From Octopus sinensis (Eukaryota), in assembly GCF_006345805.1 (NCBI RefSeq), contig NC_043024.1, positions 3,410,001 to 3,474,000 on the forward strand: a stretch of 64,000 nucleotides of DNA. The letters run 5' to 3'. Within the stretch, counting starts at the first letter, position 1, and each line of letters starts with the position of its first letter. Shown piece by piece: positions 14,004 through 27,226 of the stretch. The notes under the pieces were generated by a model that made no database searches, was not told the DNA's origin, and was given only the letters and a program-made list of their open reading frames with translations. The position numbers and the translations under genes are program-made.

Positions 14004-14211
14004 TTATTCAGAAATAGAATCGTCTTCTGACAAACTGCGTTTGTCTTTCATGGAGAGTTTTTTGGGTGGAGGTTCAATATTCAGTTTCTGACGTAAATCA
14101 ACAACATTCTCTTCCCAATATTTCTCAAAATACACAGACAGAAGAAATTTTGATTTCCGTCCACAACGAATGGCCCATGGCATAAATTCACTCCAGTATA
14201 ACTGAGAATGT
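14004..14211 (-). CDS. COQ4: Ubiquinone biosynthesis protein COQ4, exon 6 (last, TAA stop; not in ORF track)
   Basis: ctgttttAG acceptor phase 2; HSQLYWSEFMPWAIRCGRKSKFLLSVYFEKYWEENVVDLRQKLNIEPPP resembles COQ4 [27 protein letters not shown]. Confidence 0.92.
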
Positions 14212-14898
14212 CTAAAACAGAAGGAAAAACAAAAATTATTATTATTATTATTTAAGGCAGTAAGCTGGCAGAATCGTTAGCACACCAGGTGAAATGCTTA
14301 GCAGTCTGGCACTATGTTCTGAGCTCAACTTTGCCTTTCATCCTTTCAGGGTCAATAAATTAAGTACCAGATAAACACTGGGGTCGATAAATTAACTGTT
14401 GAACACTGAGGTCGATAAATTAAGTACCTGTTGAACATTTGGGTCGACATAATTGACACATCTCTCCCAAAATGGCTGCTTTTGTCGCAAAGTTTAAAAA
14501 CATCATTATTATTATTATTATCATCATCGTCATTATTTAAGTCGGCGAGTTTGCAGAATTGCTAGTGCACTGGATAAAATGCTTAGCGGTATTTCATGTC
14601 ACTACGTTCTGAGTTCAAATTCCACCGAGGTTGACTTTGCTTTTCATCCATTCGGGGGTCAATAAAATAAGTACCAGTTGTGTACTGGGGTTGATGTAAT
14701 CAACTTCTCCCTCCTCCAAATGTCAGGCCTTGTGCCTATAGTAGAAAGGATCATTATTATTATTATCATCATCATCAACAAATGTCTGTCTAGTTAAGCT
14801 GTTTGCTTTGCAACATCATTTTGGGTTCAGTCCTGCTGCATAGCAGGCCAACCATTGCCTTATGAGTGGTTGATGGAAACTGTGTGGAAGCCACTTGC

Positions 14899-14935
<37 letters not shown>

Positions 14936-15129
14936 ATATATATATATATATGGTGGCACGTAAAACACCCATTACACTCTTGGAGTGGTTGGCATTAGGA
15001 AAGGCATCCAGCTGTAGAAAACCATGCCAAATCAGACTGGAGTCTGGTGCAGCTGTCCAGCGTGCCAGCCTGATCAAACCATCCAATCCATGCCAGCATG
15101 GGCAACGGACGTTAAATGACATCAATTTT

Positions 15130-15600
15130 GACGTATCAGGATCCGGCAGCCTACACTTTCTTTGTCAGTCGTAATGCTTATGTCGAATGTGACGTTTCAG
15201 TCCCGCCAGCAATTTGCAATGAAGCCTGCAAATGTTACAAGTATGAGGATTACGGATCAATTCAGGCGGCGTATTTGCAACCGCTTTTCTCTTTTCCCTT
15301 GCACTCCCTAAGCCATTTGATGCAGGTTGAAACACAGTTTCTTATACCAGTTTGACACAAGGGTTTCCATTTTGTTTGCTCCAAGTCTCAAAGCTGTTGT
15401 GAGCTATACTGACTGCTGAGAGGTTACTCTTTAGTTGACCAACATTCCTGTGCCCACTCTCAAGCTGGCTGTACATGAGGACTTTGGGTATTCTTTTATC
15501 ACTCATTCTGACAACATGACCAGCCCAGTGCAATTGTGACTGCATTGGGAAGCTTTCGATTCCAGCAAACTTACACTTGCTAAACAGGTTGACATTAAAC
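15130..15600 (-). mobile_element. Decayed RTE/BovB-like LINE 3' fragment
   Basis: QLHWAGHVVRMSDKRIPKVLMYSQL motif. Confidence 0.75.
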
Positions 15601-15851
15601 ACACATGTATGTATCTGTGTTTGTCACCCCCCACCCCACCCACTGCTTGACAATCAGTGTTGGTTTGTTTATGTCCCTGTAACTTAGCGGTTTGACATAA
15701 GAGGCTGATAGAATAAGTGCAAGACTTAAAAAGAAGGCCTGGGTGTGATTTATTTGGCTACATCCTTCAAGGCGGTGCCCCAGCATGGCCGCAGTCAAAT
15801 GACTGAAACAAGTAAAGAATTAAAAAGTAAAAGGAGAAAGACAACACTTAC

Positions 15852-16075
15852 TTTGGGCCAAGTCGTAGGGGACCAAAAACTGCCGCAGTTATACACATAG
15901 GTAAACCAGTCTGTAGGGCCTCTATCCACTTGACAACTACTTCCCCTAACATGTGGGGAGGCATACCCAGCAATGCATGGATCAAGTCATGGGTCTGCCT
16001 GTAACGCAGCATGATGTAGACAAGATCTGGATCATCGACGAAATGAACAGGCCGTCGGCCATCGGGATCGAAACC
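15852..16075 (-). CDS. COQ4: COQ4 exon 5 carrying the metal-binding HDxxH...E motif (not in ORF track)
   Basis: ttttgacAG acceptor, AA|GTAAGT donor; [50 protein letters not shown] is the COQ4 signature. Confidence 0.95.
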
Positions 16076-16704
16076 CTGTCAAAATGAAACAGAGGGGGGG
16101 AGGTTAGAAAAATAAATAAAGAAAAGAAAAAGAAAAAAAGAAACAAAATACAGGAAAATGCATTCTACTTGTTTCAGCCATTGCACTGCAGCAGCTTCAA
16201 GAGTTTTCATAAAAAAAATCGATTCCAGTAATTATTCTATCAGTCCTTTTTGTTGAACTGCTAGGCTATGGGGTCAGACAGACAAAAAGACACCGCCCAC
16301 ACACACAGACACATATGCATACGTTTGAATACATGCACACACATATACATATGTATATGTACACACACACACACATATATATACATATCCAGCCATAGAA
16401 AACCATGCCAAATCAGACTGGAGTCTGGTGCAGCCTCCCAGCTTACCAGCCTGGTCAAACTGTCCAACTCATGCCAGCATGGACAATGGATGTTAAGTGA
16501 TGATGTATACACACACACATGTATACATATGTATATACACGCACACATACATTTTTATGTCAGACTACTACACACTTGGTAGGCTGATGTCTAGCAAATT
16601 CATCCACAGGCATTGATTGGTCCAGGCCTATAGTGGAAGACACTTGCCCAAGGTGCTGTACAGAGGGACTGAACTCAAAGCCACATGGTAGCAAGGTAAG
16701 CTTC

Positions 16705-17401
16705 TGATATGTCCCGCATTATGATGATGTAACTTCGTCTGCATGACTGGCCCATACAGTGTACCTTGCCGACTTACACTGCTTGCTGTGCCTGTTCACT
16801 ATTTATCAGTAGTGGAACAGCCCACTTCTCACTTGGGGGTCTCTGCTACAACACCTCCCCACCCTTGAGATTTTTTTCTATTTTCACACAGCATTTTTTT
16901 AAACATTTCTTTTTCTTCCACGCAGAATTACTTTTCACTTCAGAATGCCGCAGGTAGTACCAGTCTACATTGTTTACCGGTAGCGCTACTAGCACATATC
17001 GACCTGACTTAAATACTTCAAATGGATTTATATTATTTTTCCCTGAGTGTAGTTCGGTTCTGTGTTAGAGTTCCAGTTTTATCAAACATTTTTTCTTCAG
17101 AATCTTTTTTCAATGGGATTTATATATTTTTCACTGTGTGTAGTTCAGTTCTATCTATGTTAGTCTTATCTTCCACTGCGTGTAGTTCGACTCCTTGTTG
17201 CCACTGATATAGTGACACCATTATACAGTGGGAAGTATCCTCATTGCCACTGATATGTCCTGCATCATGACAATGTAACTTCATTGTCTGCGTAACTGGC
17301 CCATACAGTGTACCTTGCCGACTGACACTGCTTTCTATGTCTGTCCATGATTTATCAGTAACGGAACAACCCACTTCTCACTTGGGTTGTCTGCCACAAC
17401 A
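16705..17401 (-). mobile_element. TRIM-like miniature LTR retroelement
   Basis: two ~150-bp TG...CA LTRs (16705-16853, 17251-17401), 5-bp TSD GCTTC, PBS-like TGGCAATGAGGAT, PPT AAGGGTGGGGAGG, no ORF. Confidence 0.8.
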
Positions 17402-17866
17402 GCTTCTTAACCACACAACTATAGAAATACCTAGTAAAAAAAAAAACAGTCCCAGCAAACAAAGAAATCATAGTAATGCACAAGCAGAGCTGTGTGGTCA
17501 AAGAGTTTGCATAACAACCTTGGACAGCAAGTCTCTTCTAGTGTAACCTCAATGTTTCAAGTGGAATGTCATCATCATCATTGTCATTTTAGCATCCCTG
17601 CCTGTATGGGCCAGACAGAGTTTACTGAGGCAGGCTTTCTTCAGTTAGGTGCTCTTCCTTGTCACTGACCCTCACCTGTTTCTAAGCAAGGTAATATTTT
17701 CTCATGGTCAGACATATTTTACACAGAATATTGGAAATGATTGGTACTGCTTGTATAACTGTGACACTCATTTACACATCAAGACATGGAGACACAATCA
17801 CACATACAAATATATTCTCTACATACACATATACTCTTTCTCTCTTTATTTTGATACACACACACG

Positions 17867-17905
<39 letters not shown>

Positions 17906-20172
17906 AAATGGAAAGATGAATTTTCTTGTTACAGATTATTCAAAAGTTTAACCGATACCTGGGTAGCAAAAATCACAGCAGAAAAAAGAGTTTACCCATG
18001 GGCTCTTAAGGAGCGTCCTCGTTCGAATTGCTTTGCTGCGCCTCTGTTTTGTTTTGTTCTGACAACGTAATTCCTGGTTTTTCCTGAAGAGAAAGCTGCA
18101 ATATGGTATCCTTATTTAATCAGAATTTGGAAAATTGTGGCCTTTGAAACATGTGTAGAATGTAATAAAAGGAATTCTGTACAATCTTCGTTCAACTCCA
18201 TTTCTTCCATTCACTAATTATATATATACATATATATATGTTCTGAAGTCTTTATTGCAGACTAAGTCCATGGGGTAAACAGTGACTATAAGAGAAATCC
18301 AGGTGAGCTGATATGGAGACAGTGATGCAGAAAAACACATCTGGGCTTGATGTATAAAATACACATCATCATCATCATCATTATCATTGTTTAATGTCTG
18401 TCTTCCATGCATTTATGGGTAGGATGGTTGACTGAAGGCAGCTAGGTAGAAGACTACCCCAGGCTACTGTGTCTGTTTTGGCAGGATTTTTACGACTGGA
18501 TGCCATTCTTAACATCAACCACCCTGCAGAGTGGACTGAGTTCTTTTTACATGGTACCAGCACAGGTGATGTCAGTTTTGGTATGGTTCTTACATCTGAA
18601 TACCCTTCCAAATGCCAACCACCCCAGAGTGTGGACTGGATGCTTTTTACATAGCACCAGCACCAGAAGGGTCACCAAGTAACTTGCAAGACAAGTTAAA
18701 TGATGATGATATGATATGAATGGCTACTTTCAGTTTCTGTCAATCAAATCCACTCACAAAGTTTTGGTCAGTCCATGGCTATTGTAGACAACACTTACCC
18801 AAGGTGCCATGCAGTGGGATGGAACCTGGTACCATGTGGTTAGGAAGCAAGCTTCTTATTTCTTTATTGCCCACAAGAGGCTAAACATAGAGGGGACAAT
18901 CAAGGACAGACAATAGGGTTAAGTCGATTACATCGACCCCAGTACGTAACTAGTACTTAATTTATTGACCCCGAAAGGATGAAAGGCAAAGTTGACCTTG
19001 GCGAAATTTGAACTCAGAATGAAACGGTAGATGAAATACCACTAAGCTTTTTGCCTGGTGTGCTAACGTTTCTGCCATGCCTGCACCTATTTGGCAGATA
19101 GAAATTGTGTTTATATTGGTATAAAGTGGTGTATACAACCTTGAGCCATTTATGCCCCTTACAAAACAGAATACACAGGTGTAGTGGTGGTGGTGGTCAT
19201 CATCCTCCCCCGCCTTATTATTATCATCATCTTTTAAAGTCCATTTTGCATGCTGGCATAGGTTTGATGACCGACAGGATTGAGCAAGCTGCAGGGTTGC
19301 ACCAAACTTCATTGCCAATTTTGGAATGGTTTCTACAGCTGGAGACCCTTCCTAACACCAACCATTTTACAGTGCGCACTGGCTGCTTTTCTTATGCCAC
19401 TGGTATAGTGAGATTGCTAATTAACTTGTAAGACAGGAACTTAGCTATTTGATAAACACAGATCAATAAAATGTTCAGCAGACTAAGTACTGAGGTTGAT
19501 TGATATGATTGACCAAAACCCAACCTTTTGATACCAACCCATCTGATACTAATCCTGATTCTAGGACACAAGCATCCGGCGGTGTATATTTCGTTTGTCT
19601 CTGTTATTTATGACAACCCTATCCCTAAAACCCTAACCCTAAAACCTTAAAACCAGTACAAACACACAAAAGATTTCATAAATAACAGTGACAAACAAAA
19701 AATACATCGCCAATAGTTGTTGTTGACAAACAACAGCAGTAATTTTATTCAGCTGAATACACGTCATTGATTGGTTGAAATTACCGAAATACAACAACTT
19801 TAACGTGAAATAACTTCGTAAATATAAGCTTTTCTCAAAACCACTAAGAGTAAAAGATATTTTATATGACACATTCTACCAGTGTCCAAAGTTTGAAAGT
19901 GTTTAGTTACCAAAAATTATTTTTTAAATCTGTCAGTCAAAAGGTAAAGATCCAATTCAAAGCTAATTTAAGTTCCAAGCACCAGCTTAATAATGACAAA
20001 ATTATTTTACTAAATTTTTAATTATTTTAAAAACTAATTGAAACTAGGAGAGTATTCCAGCAGAAATACAGAAAAGGTTAACGGCAGTGCCTTCAATAGG
20101 TCTACAGTCCAATAACTGAAATCATTAAAGGAATAAAAGAAATTCGCTGGACATGAAGAATGGAAAACTCAC

Positions 20173-20275
20173 ATTGTAATTAAGGAAGCGCCAATATTCT
20201 TTACCCAGAGTTCCATCAGGTAAATTATTGAGATATTCATAATCTATGTTTTCAGTGTTTATAATTGGTTTTTCT
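20173..20275 (-). CDS. COQ4: COQ4 exon 4
   Basis: tttgcAG acceptor, AAT|GTGAGT donor; EKPIINTENIDYEYLNNLPDGTLGKEYWRFLNYN resembles ERPRIS...LPEGSLGREYLRFL. Confidence 0.92.
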
Positions 20276-21087
20276 CTGCAAATAAAAGGAAATCTGTTTA
20301 GTAGTAGTAATCCAGTTGTAATCCACCATAATCATCTTCAACCTCTGGACAGGACTGTCTTGACTCCTAGGGCCAGTTACTCGGTATCCATGACATATAA
20401 ATGACAGAGATCACAATATTTCCTTAGGAGTGGGGTCTGAAAGGGATCTCAGGGAGTAACATCCCTACCTTCCTGAGCTAGTTTTGTACCACATTTCTTA
20501 AAAATCTCGGTAGAGGCCTTGGTCTCAGGATCACTCATGTCTAGAAACTGAAGTTGGGGGTAAGCAAGGGCATGCTCCTTGTAGAAAATCCAGCTCCAAA
20601 AAGCCCCATGATAGCAAGGGAGAATGAGCACCAGACAGCCCAAAGATTGGAGTGCACTGCACCTGCCTGCCTCAGTTGCTATGGCATTGAGGTAAATCCA
20701 GCCACCCCCATTAATGGGGACAAAACCTAGATTTAAAACACTGGATGATGATGAATGATATGCCAGTCCATCATAGGTTGGGTGGATTGGAGCAGTGAGA
20801 AGTGAAACATTTTGCACAAGAAGACAACACACCACCCAGGCCAGGAATCGAATGACACTGTGATTGTGAGAGCAATACTCCAATCATTAAGATATACACC
20901 TTCGCCAGTCCTCATCCAAATGAATGATGGAATAAAGCATTTCAAGATGGAGAGGTCAAAATAAAAGTTTTGCAATACAAGAAATGGAACGAAATAAACA
21001 TGGTCAAGTGTTATGTAGATATTCGATGATCTACCAGCTCAGCAGAGAAAAAACAGAAAATGAAACAAAAACAGAAAAACTACCTAC

Positions 21088-21184
21088 TTCAGAACTAAGC
21101 AACCTTCTGGGTCTTGTAACATTTTTGATTTTATCATCTTCAAAGCATAGTGGCCTGTGGTTTCACCAAATGTGCTGATCATAT
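21088..21184 (-). CDS. COQ4: COQ4 exon 3
   Basis: ctgttacAG acceptor phase 1, AA|GTAGGT donor phase 2; DMISTFGETTGHYALKMIKSKMLQDPEG resembles [28 protein letters not shown]. Confidence 0.92.
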
Positions 21185-21777
21185 CTGTAACAGAAGGTTT
21201 ATGGGACACACAGTACTGGATTAACCATTAAGTAAAATAAATATGTGCTTAGGTCGTCAAGGGAATAGGGCACCACAGAAATGATAAATGATTTAAGGCA
21301 CAAAAGAAATCACTTTAAAATTGCTAAAACAATATTCAAAGTGGTTTATATGATCAGAAATATAATTTCAGTGTCCAAGATGTTGTAGTTCTGATCTTCT
21401 GATCAAAGACTTTGCAATTAAAAGAAGTAGGAGAAAACTTCAAATTTAAATAAAGTGGAAGTATACGAAAATAAAGGTTATTTTCTATCTTACAGCCAGT
21501 TTTGTTTCATTTCATTTAAGTGCTAAGGGCCTTTATGGGTCTTAATCTGGCCCTGGACATAATGGCTAGAGTATGTGATATCCATAACAATATAACAGGT
21601 TTATGGGACACACAAACACACACACATATATACACACGATGGGCTTCTTTCAGTTTCCATCTACTAAATCCACTCACAAGGCTTTGGTTGGCCTGAGGCT
21701 ATAGCAGAAGACACTTACCCAAGGTGCCACACAGTGGATCTGAGCCCAGAACTGTGTGGCTGAGAAGCAAGCTTCTT

Positions 21778-23374
21778 TATTTCATAAAATTGGCCATATA
21801 GGCCTTACACAGAAGAAGCTTGTGGGCTGGACCCAGACAAGATGAGATGAAATGAAACAAAATGAAAACAGTTTCCTTCAAAATTATACATAGATATCAC
21901 TTAAAACATCAATCCTCCTTGTCAGAGCCCCTAAGCAAAGTGACTTGCTGCCTGCAGACAACTCTGCATCGACAGGTCGGGGCCTGCGAACTGGAAAGCA
22001 AATTCTTCTTTGTCAAAGGTTGCTGTGATTTGACAAAATTTTATCTGTTACTACCTCCGCAGCCACCTGCGGAGGCCATATTGGACTACTTGTGCAGACC
22101 GAGTACACATGGTCTCGGTCACCCAAGCCGTCCAAAAATTCACTCATTGGAGGGGGAGATGGTGGAAGTCGTGGAGGAAGTTGCCTCCACGAAAAGAAAA
22201 AGAAAGGTGAGCAACAATGGTTGCTCACCAAAGAATGGACAGTTCTTCCTGATATGGCCTGGCTCCAGGCACAGGTGACACTTGGCGGGGTGTCCCTCAA
22301 GTATCACTGGGTACCTGTACCCGGCCATTTTTAGGAAGTCTGGGAATATCATATCTCCCACAGCCACCGGGGTCCACAGGGTCAAAGTTGCCTTTGACCC
22401 CTCCCAGTCGACCGCAGGAGCAATATCCGCACTCAATAACCTGGGCCCGCTACCCCCCAGGCCTCGCCGGATGGTATTTTTGATCCATCCCACCTCTGTA
22501 CCCAGAGGCAGCCCACACACCCAGGCGCTTCTTATCTTCCTCCCGCAATAAGTGGGGAGGAAAAAAATTTCTTCCCCTCAAGGGGCTTGCTGGCAACTGT
22601 CTTTGCTTCTCCGTGGATACCAAATAGCAACCAGACCGTTGCAAATTTGGCCCTCCCCCCAGCAATAAATTTAACAGTTGGCAGATATTGTGCCAACTCA
22701 TTTTGTATAATTTCTTTACTAAATTGAACGATGGCGCCAAGTGACCTAGAATAGGTCCTCAGCACCACTGTTCTATTATTAAAGTCTTTTAACCACTCCT
22801 TGGGCGGGACAACCTCCCACTCCAAGGCAGTGGCTTCATTCTTTTTTGCCATGTGTAAAAAGTTCAGAAAAGTTCAAAGAAAAACAAAAACAGTTGAAGC
22901 AAAAAATAAAATAAAAGAAGCACAGTTCAGAATAAAAAAGACTAGACAGAAAAAATAGAAAAAAGCAGTTCTACACAGCAAAAAGACAATCCTGGCCAAC
23001 AGGTACTCCAGGCCAACTGGAACTTTGTGACAGGAACTTTTAAATGGTAAAAAACCACGAATACGGGCCACAGCTGACAGCAATAGCAACTGGAACAAAA
23101 TTTCAAGTCTTTGAGTGAATACGCCCCCAACACTTCATTTTGTTTTTGCTACATGAACAAAAATAACACAATAGCTGCTGAGAGCAGGCGAAATTGTCCC
23201 AGATTTACTGAAAAAAATAATTCACACACAATAAATTATGCCCAGCTCACAACAAACAAAATCACTTATTTCGACGGACTTCCTTTGGTCTTATTTTTCT
23301 TCTTTTTCGGACGGAGCTCAAAGCTCACATCCTCACTGTTCAATGTCAAGAAGTCAACTTAACGTGCAAGTGCG
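21778..23374 (-). mobile_element. ORF1-only Tx1/L1-like retroelement, TSD-bounded
   Basis: frameshifted gag-like ORF1 from 22852 with zinc knuckle CHLCLEPGHIRKNC; TSD GAAGCAAGCTTCTT at 21764-21777 and 23375-23388. Confidence 0.75.
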
Positions 23375-23784
23375 GAAGCAAGCTTCTTACCACACAGACT
23401 ATATGTGAACAATTACAACTTTTCAGAGCTGTACTCCAGTATAGCTGCAGTCTGAAGCCTGTGTACAAACAGCTATGCTACATGGCAGTGAGACACGGGC
23501 TGTGACTACTGAGGATATGCGAAGGCTCGAAAGAAATGAAGCCAGCATGCTCCACTGGACGTGTAATGTTAGTTGCATATGTGACAGTGTAAATGATTTA
23601 AGAGGAAAACTGGGCATATGAGGCATCAGATGTATGCAAGATTGCACATAAAAGCTCTGGAGCCAGTGCCAGTTCCATGTAAAAGCATCTTGTACACTCT
23701 ATAGAGTGGTTGGTATTAGGAAGGGGATCCAGCTATAGAAACCATGCCAAAACAGTCAGATGGAACCTGGGTAGCTCTCTAGAA

Positions 23785-25166
23785 CAGGGGTCAGCAAACC
23801 AGGGTAAATTACCCCAAGTGGGGCAAAAATGAAATTCTTGGGGTTAATGAGGATTCATTAAACAAGTAAAATTATATAAAAAGCATTTTCCTCGTTATGA
23901 TGGAAATCTTTCTTCTGGCAACACTGCATCTTTCCAAAGTAATGGACATGTTTAGGAGACTTCATACCATTTTGTACTACAAACAATTTGGTTGCTAAGG
24001 CATCAAGTGACTAAACAGATATTATTTATCAGTTGTCTATTACCCGCCTTAACCATATTTTTTGACACACGTGCTTTTTTTTTTGATTAAGTAGATTCCA
24101 TTCAACCCTTTAACACGGCTCCTGAGCTTCATTTTATTTTATCCCAAGCTCCCAATATGATATCTTAATTAATTTTGACATGGGTGGCGTAATATTTTTA
24201 CACTATACCACACGTCTCAGAAAGCCCATAGGAAAGAAATTAAAAAAAACAACGTGCTGGTGGGTCGGGAGGGACTTGCTAACATACCACCATGACCCAC
24301 TGGCAGGATTTGTGGGAGCCAATGTGTTAATGAGTCAATTGGACCCTGAAGACTGCATGCAGATTGCTCTAGCATCAAAATGCCCTATTCTTATGTAACT
24401 ATAACAAAAATGATACGTCATTTCTCCTGAAGTGAAACAGTTTCTAGAAAAATCCTTTTGTTTCATAATTAGGATATTAGTTTATTTTTATCACATTTGT
24501 TTTATACTTTTAAAAATTATAATTGTATTTTCTGTATAAATAGATTCAATAAACCTTTTGAATTCAAAGAATCTATGACTTTCTTCTTTACAAATCAAGT
24601 GGGTAATATCGGTGTAAATAGATATCATCATCATCATCATTTAACGTCCGTTTTCCATGCTAGCATGGGTTGGATGGTTTGACTGGGGTCTGGGAAACCA
24701 GGAGGCTGCACCAGGCTCCGGTCTGATCTGGCAGTGTTTCTACAGCTGGATGCCCTTCCTAATGCCAACCACTCCATGAGAGTAGTGGGTGCTTTTTACA
24801 TGACATTGGCACAGGGGCTAGAGGAGGCTGGCAACGGCCACGATCAGTTGGTATTTTTACGTGCCACCAGCATGGATGCCAGTCAAGGCAGTGCTGGCAT
24901 CAGCCACATTCAGATGGTGCTTTTTACGTGCCACCGGCATGGGTATCACAACTACAATTTCCATTTGATTTTTATTTTGATGTTGATGTACTTGACTCAA
25001 TAGGTCTCCTCAAGTGCAGTAGGTCACCCTATGATCCAAGGTAAACACAGCAGGCCAACCTGCTAGCCATGAACTCAATTCTTTTGTCGGGTCTTCACAG
25101 TCACAGCATATTTCCAGAGATCTTAGTATTTGGGGGTAATTAGTTAAAAAAGCTCCCCGACTCCAG
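23785..25166. mobile_element. Decayed hAT/Charlie-like DNA transposon with a nested RTE 3' fragment
   Basis: left TIR CAGGGGTCAGCAAAC, degenerate right TIR, 8-bp TSD CTCTAGAA/CTCAAGAA; host RTE tail resumes at 25175. Confidence 0.65.
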
Positions 25167-25289
25167 CTCAAGAATGACAACGCTTGTCAAACTGCCCAAC
25201 CCATCCCAGCATGGAGAATGGATGTTAAATGATGTTGGTAATGAAAAGAAAAGACAAGCAGTAAAAAGTGAAAATTAAATCCTACCAAC

Positions 25290-25442
25290 CATCTCGCCTG
25301 GGGTTATACAGACACATAGCAGCTGAACCAATTGTGAGGAGGGTCCTCTGAATGTTGGTAAGTTTAATGTGCCCTGGGTACTCTACATCATAGTTCTGGG
25401 CTACGCTTGAAGAAAATCTAGCTGTAGATCTGGATATAAGGT
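25290..25442 (-). CDS. COQ4: COQ4 exon 2
   Basis: long pyrimidine tract + ccAG, G|GTTGGT donor; YPGHIKLTNIQRTLLTIGSAAMCLYNPRRD resembles [31 protein letters not shown]. Confidence 0.9.
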
Positions 25443-26037
25443 CTGGAAAAGAGAAAATGAAAGATAAAGGAGAAAAGTGAGAAGGAATTCTCGTAGAGGT
25501 ACAAGAATCAGGAATTTGGGGGCAGAGAACAGGGACCGGATAAATTAATCCTTGTACTGTTAGGGTCAAGTAGAATTTCTTAATCAGATCATAGATGTGT
25601 TTGTGTGCACGTGGTGTTTATGTTTGTGTATTTTTGTGTGTGCGTAGTGTTTATATGTGTGCATGTGTGTTTTTGTGCGGTGTGTGCAATATGTATGCAA
25701 TATGTATGCTTGTGTGTGTGTGTGTGTGTAATATATATGCTTGTGTGTGTGTAATATGTATGCTTGTGTGTGTGTGTGTGTATTTTTCCTTTGTTGGATC
25801 CTCAACATCTGATGGAATCACAGAGACTCTTGTGTTCTCAACCCTGGTACAACCCAACTTTCTCCAGGCATGGCCAAATCGTTAAGAAGTCCACTTCCCA
25901 ACCAAATGGTTTTGGGTTCAGTCCCACACCATGGCAGCTTGCTTTCTAATATAGCTCTGTACCAACTAAAGACAGAAACTGAAAGAAGATCATTGTATAT
26001 ATATGTATGTGTGTGTGTGTGTGTATATATATACATA

Positions 26038-27226
26038 CAGGGTATTCAAAAAGTAAGGCAACCAACTCTTTTTAGTTTTGCCAAAGCAAAATATTGTTAT
26101 ATTTTGGATCTGAGTATTGCAGTGCAATGGAAAAAGAAACACAACCAAATTTATTTATATGACCACTTCTGTTTCAAATCACACACAGCCTTTTGTCTAA
26201 GTGTGAATGTGTCACTCGTGGCATGCAGCTGTTCTTGCAGAATTGAAACCCATTCCCAGTGAAGTTTTGTCTTCAGAGCGTCGAGCAAAGCATAAGGAAT
26301 GCTCAAGACCCTCATCTCTAAAATAGACCAAGCAGAAAAATCCGAGTTGAAGTTGGGGCTTCTTGAGGGCCATATATCCTTGCCTATGAATGACAAAATG
26401 TTTTTCTGAATCCAGTATTGTGTCTGTTTGGAGCTGTGGGATGGTGCCAAGTCCTTTTGGAGGCTCCAAAGTGTGCCTTGAAAATGCTCATTCACCCATG
26501 GAAGCAGTTCAGATTCCAAAATGTCACTAACGTATCACTGGGTGATAATTTTAACACCTGAGAGCACAAAAATGAGGGGAGATCATCCAGTGGCTGTCAC
26601 AGCTGCTCAAACCATAACTGACTGGATTTTGATGTTGATTTATGAGTCTGCCCTTGACGACGGAGCCACATACACTCCAAAGTCGGTCATTCTGGTGGTT
26701 TACTGTCTGTTTGATGTCAAATTTCTTTCCATCAGTGAACATGCCCTTACAAATTTGTATGAGCTCATAATGGCAGATCATCTTGTAGGGGTGGGTCCTG
26801 AGATTCTCCTTCAGCACTTGATACATTAATGTTTGTCTTATTTTTGCTGTGACTGCTAGTTTTCAGATGGAACGATGAAGATTTCACTGTATCTTTTCTC
26901 TGGTACTTTTCATAAGCTGAGGGGTCTGTACACTTCTTTTTAAGCCATGTCCAAGTTGATCATTGGTGGAACCAGTCTCCTGAAATTTCTTTACAAATTT
27001 CCAGACTGTTGTATGGTTAATTTTAAGCTTTTTTGTCAGAGCTGTATTACTTTTGCCACCTTTGTGGAGGGTTATGATTGTATTTCAGTCTATAGCTATT
27101 ATCTAATTTATAAATCTGAAACACATTAAGCTTTTATAATGATGCATAATTTTCATACTTTATCACATTTATTGCTAGTTATTAAAGCCCGAAACTCCGG
27201 CTGCCTTAATTTTGGAACACCCTCTG
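26038..27226 (-). mobile_element. Decayed Tc1/mariner (maT/DD37D-like) transposon
   Basis: TIRs CAGGGTATTCAAAAAGTAAGGCA / CAGAGGGTGTTCCAAAATTAAGGCA; fragments FTDGKKF, QKDLAPSH, WPSRSPNFN. Confidence 0.8.
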
